This document shows, piece after piece, positions 48,722 to 58,524 of a stretch of DNA of 64,000 nucleotides. The stretch lies in NCBI GenBank assembly GCA_023954745.1, contig JAGSHC010000006.1, positions 508 through 64,507 of the forward strand. The letters are read 5' to 3'. The position numbers were made by a program, and so were the translations under genes. The notes beneath the pieces were generated by a model that saw nothing but the letters and a program-made list of their open reading frames with translations, searched no databases and was not told the DNA's origin. This DNA comes from Deltaproteobacteria bacterium. Lineage in GTDB: Bacteria; Myxococcota_A; UBA796; UBA9615. Each line of letters starts with the position of its first letter. Positions within the stretch are counted from its first letter, which is position 1.

Positions 48722-49948
48722 TCAACCAACGGCGCCGGCCATGCCGAAGATCGGCAGGTAGAGCGCCACCACGAGGCCACCGACGACCACGCCGAGGAAC
48801 ACGATGATGAACGGCTCGATGAGGGAGGTGATGCCGTTGACGGCCACCTCCACCTCGTCGTCGTAGAAGTCCGCGATCTTGTTGAGCATCGTGTCGAGGG
48901 CGCCCGTGGCCTCACCCACGTTGATCATCTGACAGACCATCCCGGGGAACACACCCGACTCCGCGAGAGGTTCGGCGATGGTGCGCCCCTCGGAGATGGA
49001 GTCGCGCGTCTTCATGATCGCGTCCTCGACCACGTAGTTGCCCGCGGAGCGTGAGCAGATCTCAAGAGCATCGAGGATGGGCACGCCGGAGCTGATCATC
49101 GTGCCGAGGGTGCGGCAGAAGCGCGCCACCGCCACCTTGCGGAGGAGGTCGCCGAAGATGGGCATCTTCAGCAGGAACGAATCCCACAACCTTCGGCCCG
49201 TCTCCGTCTCCAGCGCGCGCCGGAATACGTAGAAGAAGATGACCAGGCCCACGATGGCGTAGAGGCCGTAGTTCACGACGAAGTTCGACATCGTGATGAG
49301 GATCTGGGTCGGGACCGGCAGCTCGGCGCCGACTTCGGAGAACATCTGGTCGAAGGTCGGAACGACGAACCGCATGATGACCCAGAGGATGATCACCATC
49401 ACGGAGAGGATGGCGATCGGGTACACCATCGCGCCCTTCACCTGGCGCTTGAGCTTGTTGTTCTTCTCGATGTACGCCGCGAGGCGGTTCAGAATCGTGT
49501 CGAGAATACCGCCGACCTCGCCCGCAGCGACGAGGTTCACGTAGAGCGGGTCGAAGGTCTTGGGGAACTTCTTGAGGGCGTCCGCGAAGGTCGCCCCGCC
49601 CTCCACGGTCTCCTTGATCTCGGTCAATTGCTTCTGGAACGTCGGGTTCTCGACGTTGTTCGCCTGAATCTCCAAGCACTGCACCAGCGGCAGGCCAGAG
49701 TCGATCATCGTGGCGAACTGGCGGGTGAAGACGACGAGGTCCTTCTCGCCCACCTTTGGCTGGAGGAACGCCGGCATCGGAATGTTGATGTCGGCGCTGA
49801 GGTCGATTCCGCCCTTCTTCTTCACGGAGGTGGGCTTGATCTTCATCTCGCGAAGCTTGGTCATGACCGCAGCCTGATTGGCTGCTTCGATCTCACCCTT
49901 GCGCATGTCCCCTTGGGAGGTGCGACCTTCGTATACGAACATGGGCAT
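48722..49948 (-). CDS. pilC: Type IV pilus platform protein (GspF family)
   Basis: MPMFVYEGRTSQGDMRKGEIEAANQAAVMTKLREMKIKP and duplicated T2SF domains. Confidence 0.9.
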   Translation of the reverse strand: MPMFVYEGRTSQGDMRKGEIEAANQAAVMTKLREMKIKPTSVKKKGGIDLSADINIPMPAFLQPKVGEKDLVVFTRQFATMIDSGLPLVQCLEIQANNVENPTFQKQLTEIKETVEGGATFADALKKFPKTFDPLYVNLVAAGEVGGILDTILNRLAAYIEKNNKLKRQVKGAMVYPIAILSVMVIILWVIMRFVVPTFDQMFSEVGAELPVPTQILITMSNFVVNYGLYAIVGLVIFFYVFRRALETETGRRLWDSFLLKMPIFGDLLRKVAVARFCRTLGTMISSGVPILDALEICSRSAGNYVVEDAIMKTRDSISEGRTIAEPLAESGVFPGMVCQMINVGEATGALDTMLNKIADFYDDEVEVAVNGITSLIEPFIIVFLGVVVGGLVVALYLPIFGMAGAVG

Positions 49949-50185
49949 GAACTGACCTCCGAGCCGGCTCTGGCCGTGGTTTCCCCGCTCCCACGCCCGG
50001 GGAGCAAGATCGGCGCTCCCCTAGTTATACGCGAGTTCCACACGAAGAGGGAGCCGAAGCCAGCGGGCGCGGAGCCATGAGCCGGGGCCCACGGTTTGCC
50101 CGGGCAGATAGGCCCTGCTAGCCTCAAGCGCTGCACGGCACCGCTACGCGCGCGTTCTTCGCCAGCAATCGGAGGCTCCCCAACC

Positions 50186-51889
50186 GTGAGTGCAACCCAG
50201 TTGCCGCGTGTCTTTTCCCTTCTCCTCTCTGCCGCCTTCGGGGCGGCGCTGTTCCTTATGGGCGCTCCGGCTGCTGACGCAGCAGAAGTACTCGAGGTCC
50301 GGCTCGACGAAAAGACGGGAGGAGGGCTACTCGTCGGCGTTCGAGATGCCGGGGGCAAGGCCCCCACTGTGACCATCAGCGACACAGTCGTCCCCATGAC
50401 CGCAAGCGCGCCGGACCCCTCCGTGCGTTGGCAGCCGCTGCTGGTGGTCGTCGACACCGCCAACGTGTCGCCGGAGATCCTCGACCGGATCAAGACCAAC
50501 GTCACGAGCGTGGTGAAGCGTCAGTTCGACAGCGGATCACAGTTGGTGATCGTCGCGGACCAGTTCGGCAACCTCTTCGAGTTGAAGAAGTCCGAGACGG
50601 CCATGTCGAACCTCAACGACTTCATGGCCCGCTGGGCGCCGGTGGAGCCGGACAAGAAGCTCAAGTTCATTCCCAGCGAGGTCATCACCTCGGTGGATCG
50701 CGGTCTGTCGGCGCTCCTGGTGCCGCGCGGGCGCCCGTGGGCGCTCGTCTACTCCAGTCTCTGTGTGGACGGCGAGGCCAAGGCGGGAGACTTCTCTCGC
50801 TTCAAGGGCCCCATCTCCTTCCTCACCTGGGACTCCGGGGTGGATGGTTCGTGCGTCGCCAACCGCGACAAGTGGCTGGCCGCGAGCAAGGGCGAGAACG
50901 TCACTGCCCTACAGATCGACAAGGCGGAACAGAAGGATGCGCTGAACAAGGCGCTCCTCGGCCCCGAAGTCGATGACGCCCGCATCAAGCTCTCCGGTTG
51001 GGAGTACAACGGCGGGAACTTCAACATCTCCGTCGGCTTCGACGGAGAAGCCGAGCCCTGGAGGGGATCCTTCACCGAAGAGGTGGTGCCCCAGAGCTGG
51101 CTCGACGATGCCGCGAAGCGCCGTCAGGGTCGGAGCAAGATGCTCGCCGCCGGAGGCCTCGCCGTCCTGGTCGCCATCCTGCTGATGGTCGCCCTCGCGA
51201 AGGCCCGCAGCGGTGCCGCCGAGGTCGCAAAGTGGGAAGCCGTCGGTGAAGCCGAGGACCTCTCCGTCGAGATGGACCCCGACGCGTGGAACGCCACGAT
51301 CTTCCAACTCACCGGAGCGATGCCGGTCCTCAAGGACATCAAGGCATCCGCAGCGCAGCTCGGGCCCGCGAAGAAGGCCGATCCAGCGACGCGCCAGCAG
51401 ACCCCCGAAGAGTTGATGGGCCAGTCCGTGCCGAAGCCGGCCAAGCTCGCCACTCCCGACGGTACCAAAGAGACGGTGCCCGCCCCCGGCGGCAAGCCTG
51501 GCGGCAAGAAGACCGGGATGACCGTCGCGATGCCCGTCCTCGACGACGGCACCGCGTACGAGGCGCAAAAGCCTTTCGAGGTCGGCGTGCTCCTCAGCGG
51601 CAAGCCGGTGGCACGCAAGACGAAGAAGTTCCGCAAGGTCTTCTCCATTGGCCGTGCGACCGACAACCGCGTGGTCATCCAGAAGGACGACACGGTGCAC
51701 CGCTACCACGTGGTGATTCGCCCGGCCCTCGAGGGCAAGGAGTGGTGGCTCGAGGTCTCGCCGACGGCGAGCAACCGCACCAACCTCAACGGCAAGGATC
51801 TTCGGGCTGGCGGTCGCTACCGCCTCCCGGCGCGGTTCCGCCTCCAGCTCGGTGAGGCCACCGAGGTCCGAGGCCGCCTGACCGACTGA
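50186..51889 (+). CDS. Bitopic membrane protein: periplasmic alpha/beta domain, TM segment, cytoplasmic C-terminal FHA domain
   Basis: In-frame part of ORF 50096..51889. GTG 50186 lies 10 nt after GGAGG. Signal peptide VSATQLPRVFSLLLSAAFGAALFLMGAPAADA, TM segment LAAGGLAVLVAILLMVALA, and FHA domain FSIGRATDNRVVIQKDDTVHRYHVVI...NLNGKDL. Confidence 0.7.
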   Translation: MSATQLPRVFSLLLSAAFGAALFLMGAPAADAAEVLEVRLDEKTGGGLLVGVRDAGGKAPTVTISDTVVPMTASAPDPSVRWQPLLVVVDTANVSPEILDRIKTNVTSVVKRQFDSGSQLVIVADQFGNLFELKKSETAMSNLNDFMARWAPVEPDKKLKFIPSEVITSVDRGLSALLVPRGRPWALVYSSLCVDGEAKAGDFSRFKGPISFLTWDSGVDGSCVANRDKWLAASKGENVTALQIDKAEQKDALNKALLGPEVDDARIKLSGWEYNGGNFNISVGFDGEAEPWRGSFTEEVVPQSWLDDAAKRRQGRSKMLAAGGLAVLVAILLMVALAKARSGAAEVAKWEAVGEAEDLSVEMDPDAWNATIFQLTGAMPVLKDIKASAAQLGPAKKADPATRQQTPEELMGQSVPKPAKLATPDGTKETVPAPGGKPGGKKTGMTVAMPVLDDGTAYEAQKPFEVGVLLSGKPVARKTKKFRKVFSIGRATDNRVVIQKDDTVHRYHVVIRPALEGKEWWLEVSPTASNRTNLNGKDLRAGGRYRLPARFRLQLGEATEVRGRLTD

Positions 51890-51911
51890 GTCCGGCGCGG
51901 GTCTCGAGGAC

Positions 51912-53327
51912 CTACTCCACCAGTTGCGCTCTCAGTTCCAGCAGTCCCGGGTCCCCGGGGACGTGCGTCAGGCCTTGAGCCACGTCTCGGAGCGCTCCTT
52001 CGCGGTCCCCCGATTGCAGACGCACGGCCGCGAGCCGGCCCCAGGTCTGTGGGAGCGTCGGGCCAGCCTCCACTGCGCGAACGAGCCATGGGATTGCCTC
52101 GGTCGGGAGACCGCTCTCTGCCAACGAGTGCCCCAGGTAGAAGTTGGTTTGGGGTGCGTCCGGCCACACCTCGACCTCCCAGGCGAAGAAGGCCACGTCG
52201 TCCTGCCAGCGCGCGGATTGCGACAGGTCTGCTGCGCCAAAGAGCAGGAGGACCACTCCCGCGGCCAGGGCCCCGACCCGTCTCACCTGCTCACGGGCCG
52301 ACAGAAGGCTCCCGAACAGCAGGGCCGAGAGGCCGGGAGAGCCCGTATACACGTAGCGGTCCGGCAGCAGCTCGAAGGCCGCTCCGGCCACGGCGCCGAG
52401 GGCGAGTCCGCCGCCGATCAGCGCGACGCCTCCCACCACGAGTCGTCCCTCGATCCGCGCCCGACCCCGGAGTCCGACCACCACCGCCCCGAGCAAGACG
52501 ACGCAAGTCACTCCCTCAGCGACCCCGATCGATGTGGGGAGCGGGCGCATGAGTGACCGCTCCGCCGGCGCCAAGGTCATCCGTACGAGCTCGGCGAAGG
52601 CCAGCGCCACCGAGGCGAGGCTCCCATCCCCCACGGCCTCGGGGGAGCCGATGCCCACCACCGCGCGCAGCCCTCGTACGGCGAGGAGCCCCGCGAGGGA
52701 CGCGCCAGCGCCCTCCTTCCAGCGAACCGCCCCGCTCCCCTGGATGAGCGCGAGGCCCAGCGGGAGTCCGAGGGCCAGAGGCGCAAAGGACTCCTTGCAG
52801 AGCACCGCCGCGCAGGCGAGCGACGCTCCAGTCACTGCTCCTCGTCGCGTCCCCCGCAGAATCAGCCCGGCCCCGCAGAGCACGAAGAGCAGCGCCCACG
52901 CATCGAACTGCGCCGACGGCCACTGCACCACCTCCGCCTGGGCGGGATGCCAGGCAAACAGCAGCGCGGCCAGAACCGCGGGAACCAGGGATGCCCTCCC
53001 CGGGACGATGCGCCGCAGGAGCAACGCGATGAGGGCTGCGTTGATTCCGTGCACCACCAGCGAGACGGTCCGAAACACCACCGGTGACGCGGGCGTGGTC
53101 AGCGACCCCTGCAAGGCCAGGAGCGTCCAGCCCACGGGGTTGTAGCGGGAGACCCGGCCTACTCCCGACCAGCGATGCTCACCCTGGGTCCAGAAGCCCC
53201 CAATGCCGTCGAGAGCGAGGCGGACGTTGTATTGAAGCTGGGAGTGGTCGTCCCACACCCAACCTCCCGAGAGGCCAGCTAGCCAGGGCAGGCAAGCGAG
53301 CAGCGCCACGATGAGACCCATGAGCAC
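51912..53327 (-). CDS. Polytopic membrane protein (TMTC/PMT-like) with C-terminal TPR repeats
   Basis: N-terminal ...LSGGWVWDDHSQLQYN motif, 9 or more TM segments, and a C-terminal TPR region. Lies 25 nt downstream of pilT on the same strand. Confidence 0.6.
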   Translation of the reverse strand: MLMGLIVALLACLPWLAGLSGGWVWDDHSQLQYNVRLALDGIGGFWTQGEHRWSGVGRVSRYNPVGWTLLALQGSLTTPASPVVFRTVSLVVHGINAALIALLLRRIVPGRASLVPAVLAALLFAWHPAQAEVVQWPSAQFDAWALLFVLCGAGLILRGTRRGAVTGASLACAAVLCKESFAPLALGLPLGLALIQGSGAVRWKEGAGASLAGLLAVRGLRAVVGIGSPEAVGDGSLASVALAFAELVRMTLAPAERSLMRPLPTSIGVAEGVTCVVLLGAVVVGLRGRARIEGRLVVGGVALIGGGLALGAVAGAAFELLPDRYVYTGSPGLSALLFGSLLSAREQVRRVGALAAGVVLLLFGAADLSQSARWQDDVAFFAWEVEVWPDAPQTNFYLGHSLAESGLPTEAIPWLVRAVEAGPTLPQTWGRLAAVRLQSGDREGALRDVAQGLTHVPGDPGLLELRAQLVE

Positions 53328-53352
53328 GGGCCGCCGCTCTCGCGAGGTGACG

Positions 53353-54456
53353 TCAGTAACGCGGAGTCCGCATGGCCCGCGCGTTGCGGCTCTTGTTGGA
53401 GATCATCGAGCGTAGCTCTGCCGGCTCCGAGCTCCGCGCCAGCGCGATCTCGAGGCTGATGAGGCCGGCGTCGTGCAGGTCGAAGAGCGACTGATTCAGG
53501 GTCTGCATGCCAGTCTGACCCTGGCCGATCTGCATCTGCGAGTAGATCTGGTGGTTCTTGTCCTCGCGGATGAGGTTGCGCACCGCGGTGTTCGGCACGA
53601 GCACCTCGCAGGCGGCGACGCGGCCCGGGCCGTCCGCCCTCGGCAGCAGAATCTGCGAGCACACGCCCTCCAGCACGAAGCTGAGCTGGTTGCGCACGAA
53701 CGACCGCTGGTGCGACGGAAAGACGTCGGTGATCCGGTTGATCGTCTGCACGGCCGAGTTCGTATGCAGGGTCGCCAGGACGAGGTGCCCAGTCTCCGCC
53801 ACGTTCATCGCCGCTTCGATCGTCTCGAGGTCGCGAAGCTCCCCGATGAGCACGATGTCGGGGTCTTCGCGCAGGACGTACTTCAGTGCCGCCGCGAACG
53901 ACCGGGTGTCGGTTCCCACTTCCCGCTGGTTCACCAGGGCCCGCTTGTTGGGGTGCAGGTACTCGATGGGGTCTTCGACCGTGAGGATGTGGACCGGCTG
54001 CTCTTGATTGATCTGGTCGATCATCGAGGCGAGCGTGGTGCTCTTGCCGGACCCCGTGGGGCCCGTGACGAGGATCAGGCCCCTCGGCCGCCGCGCCAGC
54101 TCCGTCAGAATCGACGGCAGACCCAGCTCGTCGATCCCGGGAACCGCGTAGGAGATCACGCGGAAGGCGCCCCCGATGGCGCCGCGCTGCCAGTACAGGT
54201 TGGCCCGGAAGCGGGACAGTCCCTTGGCGTCGATGGAGAAGTCGAGCTCGCGCTCCTCGTAGAAGCGCGCCCTCTGCTCCTCACTGATGACGGACAGGCA
54301 GAGCTGCTCGGTCTGCTCCGCCGTCATGGGCTGCATGTCGGTGTGGACCAACTCGCCATCCACCCGAAGAATGGGCGGAGCGTCGCGCGCGATGTGCAGA
54401 TCCGACGCACCCTCCCGCAGCATGGTGCTCAGGAGTCGGCGGAGGAGAGGGTCCAC
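53353..54456 (-). CDS. pilT: Type IV pilus retraction ATPase
   Basis: GASDLHI...LRVDG, GPTGSGKSTT, HLVLATLHTNSAVQTINRITDVFP, AIRNLIREDK. Confidence 0.92.
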   Translation of the reverse strand: MDPLLRRLLSTMLREGASDLHIARDAPPILRVDGELVHTDMQPMTAEQTEQLCLSVISEEQRARFYEERELDFSIDAKGLSRFRANLYWQRGAIGGAFRVISYAVPGIDELGLPSILTELARRPRGLILVTGPTGSGKSTTLASMIDQINQEQPVHILTVEDPIEYLHPNKRALVNQREVGTDTRSFAAALKYVLREDPDIVLIGELRDLETIEAAMNVAETGHLVLATLHTNSAVQTINRITDVFPSHQRSFVRNQLSFVLEGVCSQILLPRADGPGRVAACEVLVPNTAVRNLIREDKNHQIYSQMQIGQGQTGMQTLNQSLFDLHDAGLISLEIALARSSEPAELRSMISNKSRNARAMRTPRY

Positions 54457-54463
54457 TGCGGGC

Positions 54464-56164
54464 TCAGTCGGCCGCAGTCACGCGGCTGACCTCGTCGAGG
54501 GTCGTCGTCCCCTCGGAGAGCTTCGTCACAGCCGACATCCGGAGGCTCTTCATGCCCTGGCGAATGGCCTCACGCTTGAGCTCCAGCGTGGAGGCACCGT
54601 TGAGGACGAACTCCCGGAGCTCTTCGCTCATGGCCATGATTTCGTAGACCGCGATGCGGCCCTTGTACCCGGTGTTGTTGCACACCCGGCACCCGGCGCC
54701 GCGCTGGACGACGAAGTCCTCGACCTCGTCGGGGTGCACGCCAAGGTCGATGAGGACCTGACGCGGAACCTCCACCGGCTCGCGACACTCGACGCACAGC
54801 TTGCGCAGCAGACGCTGGGCACCGATGAGAATGACCGCGGACGCAACGAGGAACGGCTCGATCCCCATGTTGAGCAGGCGAGACACCGAGCTCGGCGCGT
54901 CGTTGGTGTGCAGGGTCGAGAGCACGAGGTGGCCGGTGAGGGCTGCCTTGATCCCGATCTCCGCGGTCTCGAAGTCGCGAATCTCGCCGACAAGGATGAT
55001 GTCCGGGTCCTGACGCAGGAACGAGCGCAGCGAGCTGGAGAAGTTCAGCCCGATGTCGTCATGCATCTGCACCTGGTTGATGCCGAAGAGGTTGTACTCG
55101 ACCGGGTCCTCGGCGGTGGAGATGTTGGTCTCCGTGGTGTTCAGCTCCGAGAGCACCGAGTACAGCGTCGTGGTCTTGCCGGATCCGGTGGGCCCGGTGA
55201 TGAGGATCATCCCGTAGGGCTGGTGGATGGAGACCTTGAAGCTCTCGAGGGTCTTCTCCTCGAACCCCAGCTTCGTCATGTCGAGCTGCAGGTTCGACTT
55301 GTCGAGGAGCCGGAGGACGATCTTCTCGCCCCAGATGACGGGCAACACCGAGACGCGGAAGTCCATCTCTTTGTTGCGGCCCATCTTGAGCTTGATGCGA
55401 CCATCCTGCGGGAGCCGCCGCTCTGCGATGTCCAGCTGGCTCATGATCTTGATGCGACTGGTGATCGCGTGCTTGAGCTTCACCGGCGGCTTCATGACCT
55501 CGTAGAGCATGCCGTCGATGCGGTACCGAACCCGAAGCTGCTTCTCGAAGGGCTCGACGTGGATGTCGGAGGCGCCCTTGCGGATGGCATCCAGCAGGAT
55601 GAGGTTCACGAGCTTGATGACAGGAGCGTCGCCGGCCGACTTCTCCAGGTCGAGCTCGTTCATGTCCTCTTCGGCGTCGATGACGTCGACGTCATCCTCG
55701 TCGAAGTCGAGCATCACGTCGTCGAAGGTGACGTTGGACGTGTAGTACTTCTCGACGGCGCCTTCGATGGCCTGCTCAGACGCGACCACCACCTCGACGT
55801 TGTATCCGGTGAGGAACTTGATGTCGTCGATGGCGAAGATGTTGGACGGGTCCGCCATCGCCACGATGAGCGTGCTGCCCGTGCGGTTCACGGGGATGAC
55901 CTGGTGCTTGAGCACGACCTCCTTCGGGATCAGCTTGATGATCTCCGGCTCGATGTCGAACTCGTTCAGATCGATGGAGGGGACGCCGTACTGCTTGCTG
56001 AGGAAAGCAGTGAGCTCGTTCTCCTCGATGAAGCCCATCTTGGTCAGCTGGTAGCCGAGTCGACCTCCACCGCTGCGTTGCTCTTCCACCGCCTGCTGCA
56101 ACTGCAGGGGGGTGATCAGACGCTCGCGGACCAGCAACTCTCCGAGTCGGGCTCCACTGCTCAT
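54464..56164 (-). CDS. pilB: Type IV pilus assembly ATPase
   Basis: ORF 54464..56284. True start MSSGARLGELLVRERLITPLQLQQA (ATG 56164, GGAGAG SD). GPTGSGKTTT, and a CxxC...CxxC tetracysteine (CVECR...CRVCNNTG). Confidence 0.92.
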   Translation of the reverse strand: MSSGARLGELLVRERLITPLQLQQAVEEQRSGGGRLGYQLTKMGFIEENELTAFLSKQYGVPSIDLNEFDIEPEIIKLIPKEVVLKHQVIPVNRTGSTLIVAMADPSNIFAIDDIKFLTGYNVEVVVASEQAIEGAVEKYYTSNVTFDDVMLDFDEDDVDVIDAEEDMNELDLEKSAGDAPVIKLVNLILLDAIRKGASDIHVEPFEKQLRVRYRIDGMLYEVMKPPVKLKHAITSRIKIMSQLDIAERRLPQDGRIKLKMGRNKEMDFRVSVLPVIWGEKIVLRLLDKSNLQLDMTKLGFEEKTLESFKVSIHQPYGMILITGPTGSGKTTTLYSVLSELNTTETNISTAEDPVEYNLFGINQVQMHDDIGLNFSSSLRSFLRQDPDIILVGEIRDFETAEIGIKAALTGHLVLSTLHTNDAPSSVSRLLNMGIEPFLVASAVILIGAQRLLRKLCVECREPVEVPRQVLIDLGVHPDEVEDFVVQRGAGCRVCNNTGYKGRIAVYEIMAMSEELREFVLNGASTLELKREAIRQGMKSLRMSAVTKLSEGTTTLDEVSRVTAAD

Positions 56165-56237
56165 GCGTAGTCTCTCCAGGGCTTGATGGGGGTCGCCGTC
56201 ATCTCCGTCACGGGGATTCTGCGAGCTACTAAGCCTA

Positions 56238-57305
56238 TCACGCGTCCGGCGGGCCTTCGTAGACCGCCACCAAGCGCCGAGCATGCTCCGAGGGCCCGTA
56301 TTCCCCCTCCAGGGCGTTACGCGACTGCCTCAGGGCCTCCGCTCGAAGACCCGGTTCGCGCACGAGGGCCACGGCGGTGTCCACGAGGGCGGTGACGTTG
56401 CCGTCCGGGGTGGTGACCGCGAGGCCGCTGTCTGCGAGGCCTCCCGCCGGGAACCCCACGCAAGGAACCCCCACGGCCGCCGCTTCGAGAGCCGTCATGG
56501 GCAAGCCCTCCCGACGAGAAGGCATGACGACCGCATCGGCCGCGGCGAGCACCGCAGCGGGGTCCGAGCGCTCTCCGAGAAAGCGCACGTCCGTCATGGC
56601 GTCGACGCCGGGGAGCAGAGGACCGCTGCCCGCCACGAAAAGCCTTGCCGCTGCAGAGCTCGACTGCAGGCGCGACTGGATGAGGGCGAGCCGGTCGGCC
56701 CCCTTCTCCTCGCTCAGGCGGCCCAGGAAGAGATACACGCGATCTCCGGGGGAGAGCCCCCAGTGGCGGCGCAAGGTCTCCGGGTCGCCGGTGTCCCGGG
56801 CAAAGCGACGTGGGTCGAGGGTGTTGGGGATGTGGATCCCAGAAGCGTGCACGCTTGGGTGGACCGCGACCACGGCGTCGACCGCAGCGAGCAGCTTGCG
56901 GACCCGATCGTTCCGCCGACGATCCAGGAGATCGTTGTCGATCCAGCCATGCAGCGTGTGCACGTGCCGCGCTCCGGTGAGTCGCGCCGCGACACTCCCC
57001 CAGAGCAGGGCGCGATCCCCATGGGTGTGCAGGACGGCGCCTTTGCCCAGTCGGCGCAGAGCCCGCGTGAGGCGGATCACGCCGCGAGGGTCGGCCCACG
57101 TGTTCGCGTGAGAGACCTCGGTGGGCACTCCCCGTCGTTCGAACCGGGCAGGGACAGGGCTGGTCATCACGCGGTCGTCAGAACACAGCCACGCGTGCGC
57201 GTCGACGCCCGCCCGGAGCAACGCGGCGCAGGACTCCTCAACGGAGCGGGGCATTCCGGCGAGACCACCGGGCCAGGCGAGGGCATGAAGGACGGGCGCA
57301 GTCAC
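56238..57305 (-). CDS. Glycosyltransferase family 1 (GT4-type)
   Basis: C-terminal part of ORF 56238..58487. VTAPVLHALAWPGGLAG...PSRREGLPMTALEAAAVGVPCVG. The start is uncertain (GTG 57305 or 57311). The long upstream extension is R-rich and overlaps the next gene. Confidence 0.75.
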   Translation of the reverse strand: MTAPVLHALAWPGGLAGMPRSVEESCAALLRAGVDAHAWLCSDDRVMTSPVPARFERRGVPTEVSHANTWADPRGVIRLTRALRRLGKGAVLHTHGDRALLWGSVAARLTGARHVHTLHGWIDNDLLDRRRNDRVRKLLAAVDAVVAVHPSVHASGIHIPNTLDPRRFARDTGDPETLRRHWGLSPGDRVYLFLGRLSEEKGADRLALIQSRLQSSSAAARLFVAGSGPLLPGVDAMTDVRFLGERSDPAAVLAAADAVVMPSRREGLPMTALEAAAVGVPCVGFPAGGLADSGLAVTTPDGNVTALVDTAVALVREPGLRAEALRQSRNALEGEYGPSEHARRLVAVYEGPPDA

Positions 57306-57316
57306 GGGCACGGAGA

Positions 57317-58510
57317 TTAGACGGGTCTCGGCCCGTTCGCCCCCTCGCCGAGGATGCGCGCGACGAACGCCTCCAGTGCACGAGCTCGCGAGCTCCAGGT
57401 CATGGAGCGGGTCGCCTCGGTGCGGGCCCGTCGCGCGGAGGCGGGCTCGTCCAAGGCGCGGCGCAGCGCGTCTGGAGTCTGCCGCGAGTTGGCGAGCTGC
57501 AGGAGCGGCGTCACCTCGGGATCGCCCGCGGTGCCTCGGAGCGGGGTGGCGAGGACCGGACGTCCCGTGGCGATGAGCTCCCGGGTCTTCAGAGGCGCCA
57601 GGCTGTGCCCCAATGGGGAGTCCGCGTAGGGGACCAGCAGCACGTCTGCAGCGTGCAACCACCTCGGGAGGTCGGCGTAGGCGACGGGTGGACGAACGTG
57701 AACGCGCCGGTGTGCAAGGAGTTCCGGGGCAATCGCCACGGGTTCCCCCAGCAACACGAGGTGCAGTCCTGGCACGTCGAGACACGCCGTCAGCACGTCG
57801 GCATCGAGCCGCTCGTCGAGCCGGCCCGCCACCAGAGCGCGGGGGTGCGGGACTCCATCCAGGGGGTCCCCCCCAGGCCCTGGCGCGGCGAAGTGCTCGA
57901 CGTCCACACCGTGGCGTGACAGTCCGCTCCGGGACGGGTTCAGGCCCCGGAGCAGCTCTTCGGAGGGCGCGAGGACCGCGTCGGCGGTGGAAATGAGCTT
58001 CGCCTCCCGCTCGGCGATGGCGGCGTGGTCGTAGCCCGGCCACAGGGAGAAGTCGTCCATGCGGAGATAGATCGAGGCGCGCTCCCCCAGGCTGCCCAGG
58101 ACCCCCGCCATGGTGGGGATCGTCGTGAGAACCAGCGGACGCTCGATGCCGCGCTCCACCATCGCACTGCGCACCGCCCGCGTCATCAGCGCATCGTTGG
58201 CAGCCCGCACCGGCGAGAGCCCGTACGCGGGGACCACCGGGGGGACCAGGCGCGTCAGCGTGGGCGGGGTCGGCAACCATGGAGAACCCGGCGCGGGGGC
58301 TCCGCCAGGCGCGAAGCCGCGCAGCTTCTCCAGCCCTCGGATCAGATCGGCCCTGTTGGCGCGGGGACGGCGCAGACCCGCGGGCTCGACCCAGAGCACC
58401 TTGCGGCCCTCGGCCAGATGAAGCCCGAGGTGCTGGGGGGCTGAGGGACGCCGTCCCCAGTCGTCGGAGAAGACAACGAGGTCCCACGGGGCGATGGTCG
58501 GTCCGGTCAC
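57317..58510 (-). CDS. Glycosyltransferase (TuaH-like / GT1-fold)
   Basis: ORF 57317..58621. WDLVVFSDDWGRRPSAPQHL N-terminus and PLKTRELIATGRPVLATP. GTG 58510 preferred, because ATG 58621 would overlap the divergent kdsA. Confidence 0.65.
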   Translation of the reverse strand: MTGPTIAPWDLVVFSDDWGRRPSAPQHLGLHLAEGRKVLWVEPAGLRRPRANRADLIRGLEKLRGFAPGGAPAPGSPWLPTPPTLTRLVPPVVPAYGLSPVRAANDALMTRAVRSAMVERGIERPLVLTTIPTMAGVLGSLGERASIYLRMDDFSLWPGYDHAAIAEREAKLISTADAVLAPSEELLRGLNPSRSGLSRHGVDVEHFAAPGPGGDPLDGVPHPRALVAGRLDERLDADVLTACLDVPGLHLVLLGEPVAIAPELLAHRRVHVRPPVAYADLPRWLHAADVLLVPYADSPLGHSLAPLKTRELIATGRPVLATPLRGTAGDPEVTPLLQLANSRQTPDALRRALDEPASARRARTEATRSMTWSSRARALEAFVARILGEGANGPRPV

Positions 58511-58524
58511 GCTACGATCCTGCC

